In this document: piece by piece, positions 17,335 to 26,362 of the stretch
How positions within the stretch are numbered: position 1 is the stretch's first letter
Layout of the letters: the number at the start of each line of letters is the position of its first letter
Program-made: the position numbers and the translations under genes
The notes under the pieces: generated by a model
The model's input: only the letters and a program-made list of their open reading frames with translations
Databases searched by the model: none
Told to the model about the DNA's origin: nothing
Assembly (NCBI RefSeq): GCF_004102945.1
Contig: NZ_CP019384.1
Span: 450,001-482,000 of the forward strand
Reading direction: 5' to 3'
Source of the DNA: Candidatus Velamenicoccus archaeovorus
GTDB lineage: Bacteria; Omnitrophota; Gorgyraeia; Velamenicoccales; Velamenicoccaceae
DNA length: 32,000 nt

Positions 17335-17934
17335 ATGACCCAGAATAAATTGATCCTCTTACCGCGGCCTGCAGCCAGGGGAAGGTTTTCGCTGGAAGAG
17401 ACGATCGCCAAAAGACGTTCCGTAAGGACATTTTCCAGGGGGCAATTGTCGCCCGTGGAAGTCGGCCAATTGCTTTGGGCTGCACAGGGTGTCACGGCCA
17501 AGCCCGGGAATTTTTATTTCCGTAGCGCTCCTTCGGCCGGCGCTTTGTATCCTATGGAGATATATACAGTTACCGAAAGCGGCTTGCATCGTTATCTTCC
17601 CGAAAAGCACGCGCTTGAACTCATGATGGAGCGCGACCTGCGTAACGATTTGAGTATCGCCAGTCTTGGCCAAGAGCCGGTGAGGGAGGCCGGCCTCGAT
17701 ATCGTCATCTGCGCTGCCTACGAGAGGCCGTATTCCAGGTATGGAGAACGCGGCAAAAGTTATGTCGATATGGAAGCGGGGCATATCGCCCAGAATGTCC
17801 ATTTGCAGGCTGTGGCTTTAGGGCTGGGTTCTGTGCCCATCGGCGCTTTCGACGATGTGCAGGTGGGGAAAATACTTGGTCTCCCCGATGGGCAATATCC
17901 TTTGTATATCGTTCCTGTCGGCCATGTCGGATAG
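17335..17934 (+). CDS. SagB-type / nitroreductase-family FMN oxidoreductase
   Basis: RRSVRTFS, LLWAAQGVT and GALYPMEIY blocks. The ATG at 17335 lies 7 nt after TATAAT (17322-17327). The ORF track's longer form starts at 17272. Confidence 0.75.
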   Translation: MTQNKLILLPRPAARGRFSLEETIAKRRSVRTFSRGQLSPVEVGQLLWAAQGVTAKPGNFYFRSAPSAGALYPMEIYTVTESGLHRYLPEKHALELMMERDLRNDLSIASLGQEPVREAGLDIVICAAYERPYSRYGERGKSYVDMEAGHIAQNVHLQAVALGLGSVPIGAFDDVQVGKILGLPDGQYPLYIVPVGHVG

Positions 17935-18006
17935 GAGGCATGCTGTGAGATCGGCGTAACAAAGCACCGAATATGAGACAGGCGCTTGCCGGGCGGCTGA
18001 TACCAG

Positions 18007-18042
18007 AGACCGCGATCACATTGATGATCGTGGTCTTTTTTT
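18007..18042 (+). terminator. Intrinsic terminator
   Basis: Stem agaccgcgatc / gatcgtggtct (one G-U pair) followed by T7. Confidence 0.7.
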
Positions 18043-18043
18043 C

Positions 18044-18097
18044 TTGCAAAATTTAAAAATGAATGATATATTTAAAAAATGAATATATATTCATTTT
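18044..18097 (+). promoter_or_regulatory. Efflux-operon promoter (TTGCAA-17-TATATT) with a 22-bp perfect palindromic operator at +1
   Basis: -35 at 18044-18049 and -10 at 18067-18072. Palindrome aaaatgaatat|atattcatttt at 18076-18097. An extra direct half-site aaaatgaat lies at 18056-18064. Confidence 0.6.
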
Positions 18098-18750
18098 CAG
18101 CGAGAGAGGCTGGAATACCTGTGTTTGCCATTAACCGTAAGGAGCGCGACCGGAAGTTGCGCCGGATGGACATCCTGTCTGCCGCCGAGCATGTTTTTGG
18201 CCGCAAGGGATACTATAAAGCCACCATGCAGGATATCGCCCGGCAAGCGCAATACGCCACGGGCACGGTCTATCTGTATTTCAAGGACAAGGAGACGTTG
18301 TATTTTTCCCTGGTGGAAGAGAAAATGAGGGACCTTTTGGCCCTTATCAAGGAAAGGACCGCCGCCGTCAGGGACGCCCAAGAGAAGCTGAAGATCTATC
18401 TTGAGGAGAAACTGGACTTTTTTGAAAAAAACCAGGATTTCTTCCGGATCTTTATCCTGGAAAATGGGGCGGCTCAGGCGTCCATCGATTCCCGTATCGC
18501 GACATCGGCGCTGGCCAAGGAATACCTGGCCTGCATCAGCGAGATCATGAGACTTGCGCAAAAACAAAAATTGGTCCGCGCCGATATGGATCCTTCGCAG
18601 GGTGCCGGCATTTTCCGTTCCATCTCTAATGCGGTGATCATGGATTGGCTCAAAAAGAATATGCAGCAGACCCTGAGTTTACGACAGATGTCGAGATTCA
18701 TCCTCGATATTTTTTTAGGCGGGGCGAGGCCTTCCGATGAAACAAAATAG
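18079..18750 (+). CDS. TetR/AcrR family transcriptional regulator
   Basis: HTH block ILSAAEHVFGRKGYYKATMQDIARQAQYATGTVYLYF. The ATG at 18079 sits 6 nt after the -10 (leaderless geometry). The GTG at 18121 is an alternative start. Confidence 0.85.
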   Translation: MNIYSFSAREAGIPVFAINRKERDRKLRRMDILSAAEHVFGRKGYYKATMQDIARQAQYATGTVYLYFKDKETLYFSLVEEKMRDLLALIKERTAAVRDAQEKLKIYLEEKLDFFEKNQDFFRIFILENGAAQASIDSRIATSALAKEYLACISEIMRLAQKQKLVRADMDPSQGAGIFRSISNAVIMDWLKKNMQQTLSLRQMSRFILDIFLGGARPSDETK

Positions 18751-20119
18751 GCGAAATGCGATCTTGGCGGCATTGGTCTTTGCGGGGGCTTTTTTTGCCG
18801 CCGACATGGCTTTGGCCGCGGATGCGGCGCCCCAGCCGCAGCCGCCCCAGAAGGAAGTCCAAGTCCTTACGATCTCCCAGGGGATCGCCATGGTGCTTCA
18901 CGATAGCCGCCTGATCCGGGTGGCCCTTCCCGGCAAGGACATGGCGTTCCAGGATTCCATGATGGCGCGTTCGGCGCTGTTGCCTCATTTCCAGGCGGCC
19001 GCCTCGCAGACATTCAACAGATATGCCTCGGCCGTCAAATTCGGTTCTACGACTGCCGGCACCGCCGACAAGAACTATTACTCCTATGGCTTCGACGTCT
19101 ATCAAACCCTGTTTGATTTCGGCAAGAGCCTTTCTCAATATCAGGCTTCCAAAGAACTCGTCAAGGCGAGCGATGCGCACATCGACAGCATCAAAAGGCT
19201 CGCTATCCTCGAGTTCATCGTTGCTTATTTCGATCTCCTCGAGGCGGAGAAAATGATCGTCGTCGCCGAAAAGGAAGTTGAAAGCCTCGCATCATATCTG
19301 AATGATGTCGAGCATCTCTATGAACACGGCTCGGCGGTCAAGAACGATCTTTTGCCTGCCCAGGTGCGCCTGGCGGACGCCAAGCAGAAGCTCATTGCGG
19401 CGCGCAGCGCCAGGGAGATTGCCGCGGCGCGCCTCAACGATATCCTCGCTTTGCCTTTGAGGCAGAAGGTTGTTGTCCGCGATATGGAAATGAAGCCGCC
19501 GGAAATTCCCGAGATGGAAGAGGCATGGAGTATCGCGGTCAAGGAAAGGCCGGAGGTCGTTTTCTATGAAGACCAGATCCGGGCCTCGGCGTTAAGCGTC
19601 AGGTCCAAGGCCGCCGAGAACCTTCCGACGATCTATGCGGATGGCGGTTATGCCTATACGAAAAACCAGTACGAGGTGCATCAGGATAATGCCTATATCG
19701 CCCTGGGGGCCAAGGTGAACCTTTATGACGGCGGGAATGCCCAGGCCGATATGTTCAAGGAGCGCGCCCGCCAGAGGCAGCTGAGGGAAGAAAAGAACAA
19801 GGTGACGGAAGATATCAAGTTCGAGATAGAAGACAGCTACTTGACCTTGAAAGATGCGCGCGAGAAGGTCGTTGTGGCCAGAGACGTCCTCTCGCAGGCG
19901 GCGGAAAATGTCCGTTTCTATCGCGCCAAATACGCGGCCGGGGCCGCCAACACCACAGAGGTCCTGGAAGCGATCACGCTGGAGACGAAAGCCCAGACAA
20001 ATTATTTTGAGAGCGATTATGAGGTCAAGCGCAGTTACGCCAAGCTCATGTATTCCATGGGGATCGACCTGACCTTGCTTTACGAAACAATGGAGAAGAC
20101 GCATGAACATGTTAAATGA
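18737..20119 (+). CDS. TolC-family outer-membrane efflux protein
   Basis: Signal peptide. Two-repeat coiled-coil/beta architecture typical of OMF proteins, 460 aa. The start overlaps the tetR stop. Confidence 0.85.
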   Translation: MKQNRRNAILAALVFAGAFFAADMALAADAAPQPQPPQKEVQVLTISQGIAMVLHDSRLIRVALPGKDMAFQDSMMARSALLPHFQAAASQTFNRYASAVKFGSTTAGTADKNYYSYGFDVYQTLFDFGKSLSQYQASKELVKASDAHIDSIKRLAILEFIVAYFDLLEAEKMIVVAEKEVESLASYLNDVEHLYEHGSAVKNDLLPAQVRLADAKQKLIAARSAREIAAARLNDILALPLRQKVVVRDMEMKPPEIPEMEEAWSIAVKERPEVVFYEDQIRASALSVRSKAAENLPTIYADGGYAYTKNQYEVHQDNAYIALGAKVNLYDGGNAQADMFKERARQRQLREEKNKVTEDIKFEIEDSYLTLKDAREKVVVARDVLSQAAENVRFYRAKYAAGAANTTEVLEAITLETKAQTNYFESDYEVKRSYAKLMYSMGIDLTLLYETMEKTHEHVK

Positions 20120-20975
20120 CAGGCATAAGAAATGGATTTACCTTGCCGGCGGTGTCGCAGCCGTCGGGCTGATCGTCCTGGCGTATTTGATCGGGGTGGG
20201 CATGAGTCATGTGACGACGGACGATGCCTATGTCACGGGGCGCATCCATAGCATCGCATCCAAGGTCCCGGGGACCGTCTGGAAGCTTAATGTCAACGAT
20301 AACCAGAATGTCGATAAGGGGGACCTTTTGGTCGAGATCGACCCTGTCGACTACGCCCTGAAGGTCAATGAGGCCAAGGCGGCGCTAGAGGTCAGCCGGG
20401 CGGCTTTGGCGCAGGCCGCGCGCGACAAGGCGCGCGCCGAAGCGCTTTACCAGGACAAAGTACTTCCCAAGGACAAGTACGAACATATCCTTACGGATTA
20501 TCAGCTAGCTGGAGCCAAAAACGAGGAGGACGCTCAAAAACTTAAAATTGCCCGGCAGAACCTGAAATACACGAAGATTTATTCTCCGGCGCGGGGGTAT
20601 GTTACGCAACGATCGGTGGAGGTGGGCAACCAGATCCAGGCGGGCCAGCCGCTCATGGCGGTCGTGCCCCTCGATGATATCTGGGTGGTTGCCAATTATA
20701 AAGAGACCCAGCTCAAAAACGTCAGGTCCGGCCAGCGTGTCATGGTCAGAGTAGACACGTATCCCGGCAAAGTGTTCAGGGGCCGCGTAGACAGCATCAT
20801 GGCGGGGACCGGAGCCGTTTTTTCGCTTTTCCCGCCGGAAAATGCCCTGGGCAATTACGTGAAAGTCGTTCAGAGGATACCTGTGAAGATCGTTTTCGAC
20901 AAGACGACGGATGAAGGTCATGTCTTGCGCGTGGGGATGTCGTGCGTGCCGACCATCATCACCAAAGATGAATAA
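20103..20975 (+). CDS. HlyD/EmrA-type membrane fusion protein
   Basis: N-terminal TM helix. VTTDDAYVTGRI, GDLLVEIDP and IYSPARGYV lipoyl/beta-barrel blocks. Overlaps both neighbouring genes. Confidence 0.85.
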   Translation: MNMLNDRHKKWIYLAGGVAAVGLIVLAYLIGVGMSHVTTDDAYVTGRIHSIASKVPGTVWKLNVNDNQNVDKGDLLVEIDPVDYALKVNEAKAALEVSRAALAQAARDKARAEALYQDKVLPKDKYEHILTDYQLAGAKNEEDAQKLKIARQNLKYTKIYSPARGYVTQRSVEVGNQIQAGQPLMAVVPLDDIWVVANYKETQLKNVRSGQRVMVRVDTYPGKVFRGRVDSIMAGTGAVFSLFPPENALGNYVKVVQRIPVKIVFDKTTDEGHVLRVGMSCVPTIITKDE

Positions 20976-22503
20976 AGTCAGCAAGTGGATCATTGCCATA
21001 TCGGTCGTCCTGCCGACGCTTCTGGAGGTCATCGATACGTCGGTCGTGAACGTGTCGCTCGACCATATCCGCGGCAGCCTGTCGGCGGGTATCGATGAGG
21101 CCACCTGGACGATTACGGCGTATCTTGTCTCCAACGCCATCGTCATTCCTTTGACCGGGTGGTTCAGCCGCTTTTTCGGACGCAAGCGTTATCTGATCTT
21201 TTCGGTCATCCTGTTTACCGTGAGTTCTTTTATGTGCGGCAGTTCCCGGACGCTCTCGAGCCTTGTCTTCTTCCGGATCCTCCAGGGAGTGGGGGGCGGG
21301 GCTTTGCAGCCGCTGTCGCAGGCGATCCTCCTGGAGGCGTTCCCGCCCGCCCAATACGGCATGGCCATGGCCATGTTCGGCATCGGCGTCATGGTCGGGC
21401 CGATCGTCGGGCCGGTCCTGGGCGGATGGATCACGGACAACTGGTCGTGGCCGTGGATCTTCTACATCAATATCCCGCTGGGGATACTGTCGGTCATCAT
21501 GATCATGCTCTTTATCCGTGATCCTTCCTATATTAGGAGGACCCAGCAGAAGATCGACTTCCTCGGCATGGGGTTGGTGGCCGTCGGTATCGGGTGCCTG
21601 CAGTTCGTCCTGGACAAGGGCCAGCGCGAGGATTGGTTTTCGTCTGCGCTGATCACACGTTTCTCGATCATCTCCGTCGTCTGTCTCATCTTGTTCGTCA
21701 TCGTCGAGCTCAGGCAGCGCGATCCGATCCTGCACCTGAAGGTCTTCAAGGACATTTCGTTTTCAACGGCCAACAGCATCATGTTTATCGCGTTTTTCGT
21801 GCTTTTCGGCACGATCGTTCTTCTGCCGATTTTTAGTCAGCAGTTGTTGGGATATAATTCTTTCCTTTCGGGACTCGTCCTTGCCCCCGGCGGCGTCGCG
21901 ACCCTGATCACCATGCCTATCGCCGGCAAGCTGGTCTCCAAAGTCAACCCTAAGGCCGTGCTGTTTACCGGCTTGTCGATCTTGGGGTATTCGACGTTCG
22001 TCATGACGCGTTTCAACCTTTATGTCGATTTTTGGACGATCGCCTGGTCGCGGGCGGTCATGGGGTTCGGCATGGGGCTGGTTTTTATCCCATTGACGAC
22101 GATGGCCTTCGCGACGATCAAAAAGGAGGAGTTAGGGAATGCGACGAGTATTTTCAACCTGACCCGCAATCTCGCCGGCAGCTTCGGCGTCGCCTTTGTG
22201 ACAACGCTCTTGGCGCGGCGGGCGCAGTTCCACCGGGCCCGTTTTATCGAGAATCTTAGTCCTTTCGGCTACACGTATCAGGCGGGATTGCACAAGGCGA
22301 TGGGGGTCCTGAATTTAAAGGCCGGCGCGGCATCGGCGTATGCCGGTCAGGGTTTGGTGTACCGGGAGCTGTTGAAGCAATCAAATCTTTTCTCTTTTAC
22401 GGATGCTTTCCATTTTTCGACCGTCTTATTGATCTGTATCCTGCCTTTGGTTTTTCTGCTCAAGCAGCCTAATCATAACGAGACGGTGCCCGCCGGCCAC
22501 TGA
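20968..22503 (+). CDS. MFS transporter, DHA2 (EmrB/QacA) 14-TM drug efflux family
   Basis: VNVSL..I, GWFSRFFGRKR (motif A-like), LQGVGGGAL. The ATG at 20968 overlaps the upstream stop. The ORF-track start at 20911 lies inside the hlyD-like gene. Confidence 0.85.
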   Translation: MNKVSKWIIAISVVLPTLLEVIDTSVVNVSLDHIRGSLSAGIDEATWTITAYLVSNAIVIPLTGWFSRFFGRKRYLIFSVILFTVSSFMCGSSRTLSSLVFFRILQGVGGGALQPLSQAILLEAFPPAQYGMAMAMFGIGVMVGPIVGPVLGGWITDNWSWPWIFYINIPLGILSVIMIMLFIRDPSYIRRTQQKIDFLGMGLVAVGIGCLQFVLDKGQREDWFSSALITRFSIISVVCLILFVIVELRQRDPILHLKVFKDISFSTANSIMFIAFFVLFGTIVLLPIFSQQLLGYNSFLSGLVLAPGGVATLITMPIAGKLVSKVNPKAVLFTGLSILGYSTFVMTRFNLYVDFWTIAWSRAVMGFGMGLVFIPLTTMAFATIKKEELGNATSIFNLTRNLAGSFGVAFVTTLLARRAQFHRARFIENLSPFGYTYQAGLHKAMGVLNLKAGAASAYAGQGLVYRELLKQSNLFSFTDAFHFSTVLLICILPLVFLLKQPNHNETVPAGH

Positions 22504-22535
22504 GGACTTGCGTTGCTGCGGGTGTTTCATTTCTC

Positions 22536-22565
22536 TTGTTAATTACCGTATTTCCCCTATATAAT
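22536..22565 (+). promoter_or_regulatory. Putative promoter TTGTTA-18-TATAAT for the membrane-protein/copA pair
   Basis: ttgtta at 22536-22541 and tataat at 22560-22565. Confidence 0.4.
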
Positions 22566-22590
22566 AAGAAATCAGCTAAGGAGGTTTTTG

Positions 22591-22962
22591 GTGCGTCAGG
22601 GACAGAAGATATCTTTGTGGCTTGGGATTGTTTTGATCCTGTCTGTCGGTTTGATCCATGCGTGCGATGCGCCGGACAGCTTCAGGGATGCGGTGTATAA
22701 AGGCTGGCTTTTTTATCTTAATGGCGCCGGGGCGATCGTTGCGGCCGTCGGTATCTTGCGCCGCAAGCCTTGGGGTTGGAACCTTGGTTTTGTGATCGCG
22801 GCATGTTCTTTTGTGGGCTATGTGGCCAGCCGTACGGTGGGGTTGCCTTTTATTGCAGCCGAACCCGACGCCTGGCTGGAACCGCTGGGCGTCGCCTCCC
22901 TGGTTACGGAGGGTTTATTTGTGGTGTTATTCGTCGGGACGAGGTGCCTGTTTAAAAAATAA
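22591..22962 (+). CDS. Small 4-TM membrane protein of unknown function
   Basis: AAGGAGG at 22578-22584 lies 6 nt before the GTG at 22591. Four hydrophobic segments. Immediately upstream of copA. Confidence 0.55.
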   Translation: MRQGQKISLWLGIVLILSVGLIHACDAPDSFRDAVYKGWLFYLNGAGAIVAAVGILRRKPWGWNLGFVIAACSFVGYVASRTVGLPFIAAEPDAWLEPLGVASLVTEGLFVVLFVGTRCLFKK

Positions 22963-22966
22963 CCTT

Positions 22967-25237
22967 ATGGCAAGAGACCCCATTTGCGGAATGGACGTCA
23001 AGGAAGATAAGGCCATCTCATTGAGACGAGATGGCCTTGTTTATTATTTTTGCAGCGAGTATTGCAAGGAAAAGTTTCTGGCTTCTTCGGGAGGACAAAA
23101 ATCCGCACCATCTTTCGGGGCCGGCGGATACACCTGCCCGATGCATCCGGATGTGAGGCGTGACAGGCCTGGGGATTGTCCGAAGTGCGGCATGCGTCTG
23201 GAGCCTGTGATGCCTGCAGGGTCTGGCCATGAAGAAGACGGCGATCTTCGGTCGTTGTCCGTGAAGTTCTGGACAGGATTGGTGTGTGCCCTTCCTGTTC
23301 TTGTTTTGACTCTTGGAAACATGATCCCGGCTGTCGCCGCGCGGTCTCCTGCGCCTTACATCGTTTCTTCATGGATCCAGCTTTCTTTTTCGACGCTGGT
23401 CGTTGTTTGGGCCGGCGGATTTCTCTTTGCCAGGGCCTGGCAGTCCCTTGTTCACAAAAGCCCGAATATGTTCACGCTGGTCGCACTAGGCGTCGGGGCA
23501 GCTTACGGCTACAGCGCCGCGGCTGTTCTGCGGCCTCAGGTTTTTCCGCAAATATTGAAGAAGGCGGGCCAGATCGATCTTTATTTTGAAGCTGCCGTCG
23601 TCATTACTCTCTTGGTTATCCTGGGGCAGCTTTTGGAGGCTAGGGCGCGCAGCCGGACAGGAGCGGCGATCAGGGCGCTCTTGGATCTTGCGGCAAAGAG
23701 CGCCCATCGTGTGCACGACGGTGTCGAAGAAGATGTTCCGGCGGAGGCGGTCGGCAAGGGGGATATTTTAAGGGTGCGGCCGGGCGAAAAGGTCCCGTTC
23801 GACGGCGTCGTGATTGAAGGCCGTAGCGCTGTGGATGAATCCATGATCACCGGCGAACCCATGGCTGTCCAGAAAAAACCAGGGGACAGGGTCGTAGGGG
23901 CAACGGTCAATCAGACAGGGACGTTTTTGATGCGGGCTGAGAAGATCGGCTCCGAAACCGTCCTGGCACAGATCGTCCGCATGGTCTCTGACGCCCAGAG
24001 GAGCCGGGCGCCTATCCAGGGGGTCGCCGACAGGATATCCGCATATTTTGTTCCTTCTGTGGCTGGGGTTTCCCTGTTGACGTTCATCGTATGGTTTTTC
24101 GTCGGGCCGGAACCGAGATTGGCCCACGCCCTTGTGAATGCCATCGCCGTCCTGATTGTCGCCTGCCCGTGCGCCCTCGGTTTGGCGACGCCGATGTCCA
24201 TCATGGTGGGTGTCGGCCGCGGCGCCCAGGCAGGCATCCTGATCAAAAACGCGGAGGCCATCGAGAAGGCCGAAAAGATCACGCATCTTTTGACGGATAA
24301 GACCGGGACCCTGACAGAGGGCAGGCCTCGCGTGGTGACGGCAATCGCAGCCCCGGGGGTGGATCAGAATTATTTCTTAACTTTTGTTGTTTCTCTTGAG
24401 AAAAACAGCGAGCACCCCCTGGCCCGCTCTATCGTTGATTTTGCCGACGAGCAGGGTGTCAGGCCGCAAGGCGTTGAACATTTTGAGTCAGTGACGGGCG
24501 GCGGAATCCGGGGGCGCGTCGGCGGCGTAACCGTTCTTGTCGGCAAACAAAAATTCATCGAAGCATCCGGTGTCCGTATTCTGCCGGCCGTCGCACAGCA
24601 AGCCCTCGAAGCGGAAGGGCGGGCCCAGACCGTCGTTTGGGCGGCGGTCGATGGACAACTTGCCGGGATCCTCGGGATCGCAGATCCGGTCAAAGCGACA
24701 ACGCCCGGGGCCGTGCGGCAATTGCACCGGATGGGGCTTAAAGTCATCATGCTGACCGGCGACAATCGAAAAACTGCCGAGGAGATCGCCAACCAGCTGG
24801 GTCTTGATGGTTTCCGGGCGGAGCTTGAACCGAAGACCAAACAGGGGGCCGTCAAGGAATGGAAGGCCAAGGGTGCAGTCGTGATGGTTGCCGGCGATGG
24901 GATCAATGATGCCCCTGCCCTGGCCGAGGCGGATGTCGGCATGGCGATGGGTACGGGAACAGACGTGGCTATCGAAAGCGCGGCTATCACTCTTGTTAAA
25001 GGAGATCTCAACGGCATAGTCAAGACCTTGCATCTGAGTAAAGGGGTGATGAGGAATGTCCGGCAGAATCTTTTTTTCGCTTTTGTGTATAATATCCTTG
25101 GTGTGCCCATTGCCGCCGGCGCTCTTTATCCGTTCTTCGGCCTTTTGTTGAGCCCTGTGATCGCGGGGGCGGCCATGAGTTTCAGTTCGGTTTCTGTGAT
25201 CGGGAATGCCTTAAGACTACGCCGTTTAAAAATCTGA
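22967..25237 (+). CDS. copA: Copper-translocating P1B-type ATPase
   Basis: TM CPC motif ([12 protein letters not shown]), [22 protein letters not shown]. The N-terminus has ICGMDV...YYFCSEYC (TRASH/YHS-like) and CPMHPDV...CPKCGM motifs instead of MxCxxC. ATG 22967 was chosen because residues upstream in the ORF overlap the previous gene. Confidence 0.92.
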   Translation: MARDPICGMDVKEDKAISLRRDGLVYYFCSEYCKEKFLASSGGQKSAPSFGAGGYTCPMHPDVRRDRPGDCPKCGMRLEPVMPAGSGHEEDGDLRSLSVKFWTGLVCALPVLVLTLGNMIPAVAARSPAPYIVSSWIQLSFSTLVVVWAGGFLFARAWQSLVHKSPNMFTLVALGVGAAYGYSAAAVLRPQVFPQILKKAGQIDLYFEAAVVITLLVILGQLLEARARSRTGAAIRALLDLAAKSAHRVHDGVEEDVPAEAVGKGDILRVRPGEKVPFDGVVIEGRSAVDESMITGEPMAVQKKPGDRVVGATVNQTGTFLMRAEKIGSETVLAQIVRMVSDAQRSRAPIQGVADRISAYFVPSVAGVSLLTFIVWFFVGPEPRLAHALVNAIAVLIVACPCALGLATPMSIMVGVGRGAQAGILIKNAEAIEKAEKITHLLTDKTGTLTEGRPRVVTAIAAPGVDQNYFLTFVVSLEKNSEHPLARSIVDFADEQGVRPQGVEHFESVTGGGIRGRVGGVTVLVGKQKFIEASGVRILPAVAQQALEAEGRAQTVVWAAVDGQLAGILGIADPVKATTPGAVRQLHRMGLKVIMLTGDNRKTAEEIANQLGLDGFRAELEPKTKQGAVKEWKAKGAVVMVAGDGINDAPALAEADVGMAMGTGTDVAIESAAITLVKGDLNGIVKTLHLSKGVMRNVRQNLFFAFVYNILGVPIAAGALYPFFGLLLSPVIAGAAMSFSSVSVIGNALRLRRLKI

Positions 25238-25269
25238 CCGAAGGAGAATGCGTTTATGAAAATTTTCAA

Positions 25270-25398
25270 GTGCGGAGATATGGAACATATCTCCCTTTTT
25301 TTATTTTGTCTATTGTTGCCGGATGCGTCACGCCGAAAGTCTATGTGAATCCGCAGAAGACGGTCGAGGAGATCGGCGAGGACGAGGCAGGGAGATAA
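25270..25398 (+). CDS. Mini-lipoprotein (42 aa), start uncertain
   Basis: The GTG frame gives MRRYGTYLPFFILSIVAG|CVTPKVYVNPQKTVEEIGEDEAGR*, with a lipobox. The ATG at 25256, with AAGGAG 9 nt upstream, is out of frame by one T at the T7 tract 25296-25302. Confidence 0.4.
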   Translation: MRRYGTYLPFFILSIVAGCVTPKVYVNPQKTVEEIGEDEAGR

Positions 25399-25652
25399 CC
25401 CAGAAAGGGTAGGCCTTCCTCATACCATTAAAGGAAGGGCCTAACCCAGAAAGGGTAGGCCTTCGCAATACCAAATAAGCGAAGGGCCTAATTTTACCGG
25501 AGGCGGAAGGATTAAGGAAATAAACGTTACTCCTTGTCTAAGCACTTGAAAATTTATGCCAAGACACGTCGGCATAAATTTTCTTCGCAGGCTCGGAGTT
25601 CATTTTGTAACGAAAGGCTACCCTGTTATAGGCAAAATGAAGGAGGCGTAAG
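25399..25652 (+). repeat. Structured repeat array: H1 (25399-25444), H1 (25445-25491), H2 (25492-25510), U module (25527-25647)
   Basis: Same module family as 8224-8753. It begins directly after the TAA at 25396-25398 and ends in AAGGAGG, 6 nt before the ATG at 25653. Confidence 0.8.
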
Positions 25653-26339
25653 ATGAAGCGGGTGTTGTTGTGGTCTGTATGCGGCATTGTTTTTTTGGGG
25701 GCGCTGGGGCATATCCTGTTTTACGAACATGCCAAAGATGCAAAACGGCGGGAATTGCGTCGGGAATTGATGGCGATTGCCGCGAAGTCTGCGTCATCCA
25801 TTGACGCCGCCACTCTTGCCCGGATCCCCTTGACGATGGACGGCGATAAGTCGCCGGAATACAAGGCCATATTCGATACGTTGTTGCAGATAAAAGAGGC
25901 CTATCCTATCGTTAAATATGTGTATATCTTGACCAACACCAACGAGCCGGGGATCCTCCAGTTTGTCGTGGACGCCGATCCGCTGCCGGCCATCATTACT
26001 GCCAAGAGTCAGAGGTCTTTTCCGGGCGACAAGTACGATGCGCGCAGCTATCCTGGAATGTTGAACGGTTTCCGAGGACCGTCCGCCGACAGGAAGATCA
26101 GCATGGATGATTGGGGCGTGACGCTTTCGGGCTATGCGCCGATCAAGGATGCCGGCGGAAAGGCCGTCGCGATCCTCTGTATTGATATGGATGCCGGCCG
26201 GCTGTACGCCTATCTCCAGAGTGTCAGGCCTATTATTTTTCTCTTGTGGGCCTTGGTTGCGGCCGCCGTCATCGCGTTCATGGTAGATCTCGCCTTGAGA
26301 AAAAAAATTGTTCCGGGAGGCTCGTCGCAGAAGCCGTGA
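25653..26339 (+). CDS. Membrane-anchored Cache/PDC-like extracytoplasmic domain protein (2 TM, no output domain)
   Basis: N-terminal and C-terminal TM helices flank a domain with YVYIL...QFVVDAD...DDWGVTLSGYAPIKDAGGK.VAIL.IDM, as seen at the N-termini of sensor kinases and cyclases. Confidence 0.6.
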   Translation: MKRVLLWSVCGIVFLGALGHILFYEHAKDAKRRELRRELMAIAAKSASSIDAATLARIPLTMDGDKSPEYKAIFDTLLQIKEAYPIVKYVYILTNTNEPGILQFVVDADPLPAIITAKSQRSFPGDKYDARSYPGMLNGFRGPSADRKISMDDWGVTLSGYAPIKDAGGKAVAILCIDMDAGRLYAYLQSVRPIIFLLWALVAAAVIAFMVDLALRKKIVPGGSSQKP

Positions 26340-26362
26340 ATCCTTCGGCAGAAATTTCAGGT

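Noticed and set aside
22811-22966. 52-codon N-terminal extension of copA suggested by the ORF track
   Set aside because: The extension overlaps the upstream membrane-protein gene in another frame and is Trp/Arg/Pro-rich junk. The ATG at 22967 directly precedes the conserved metal-binding motifs.
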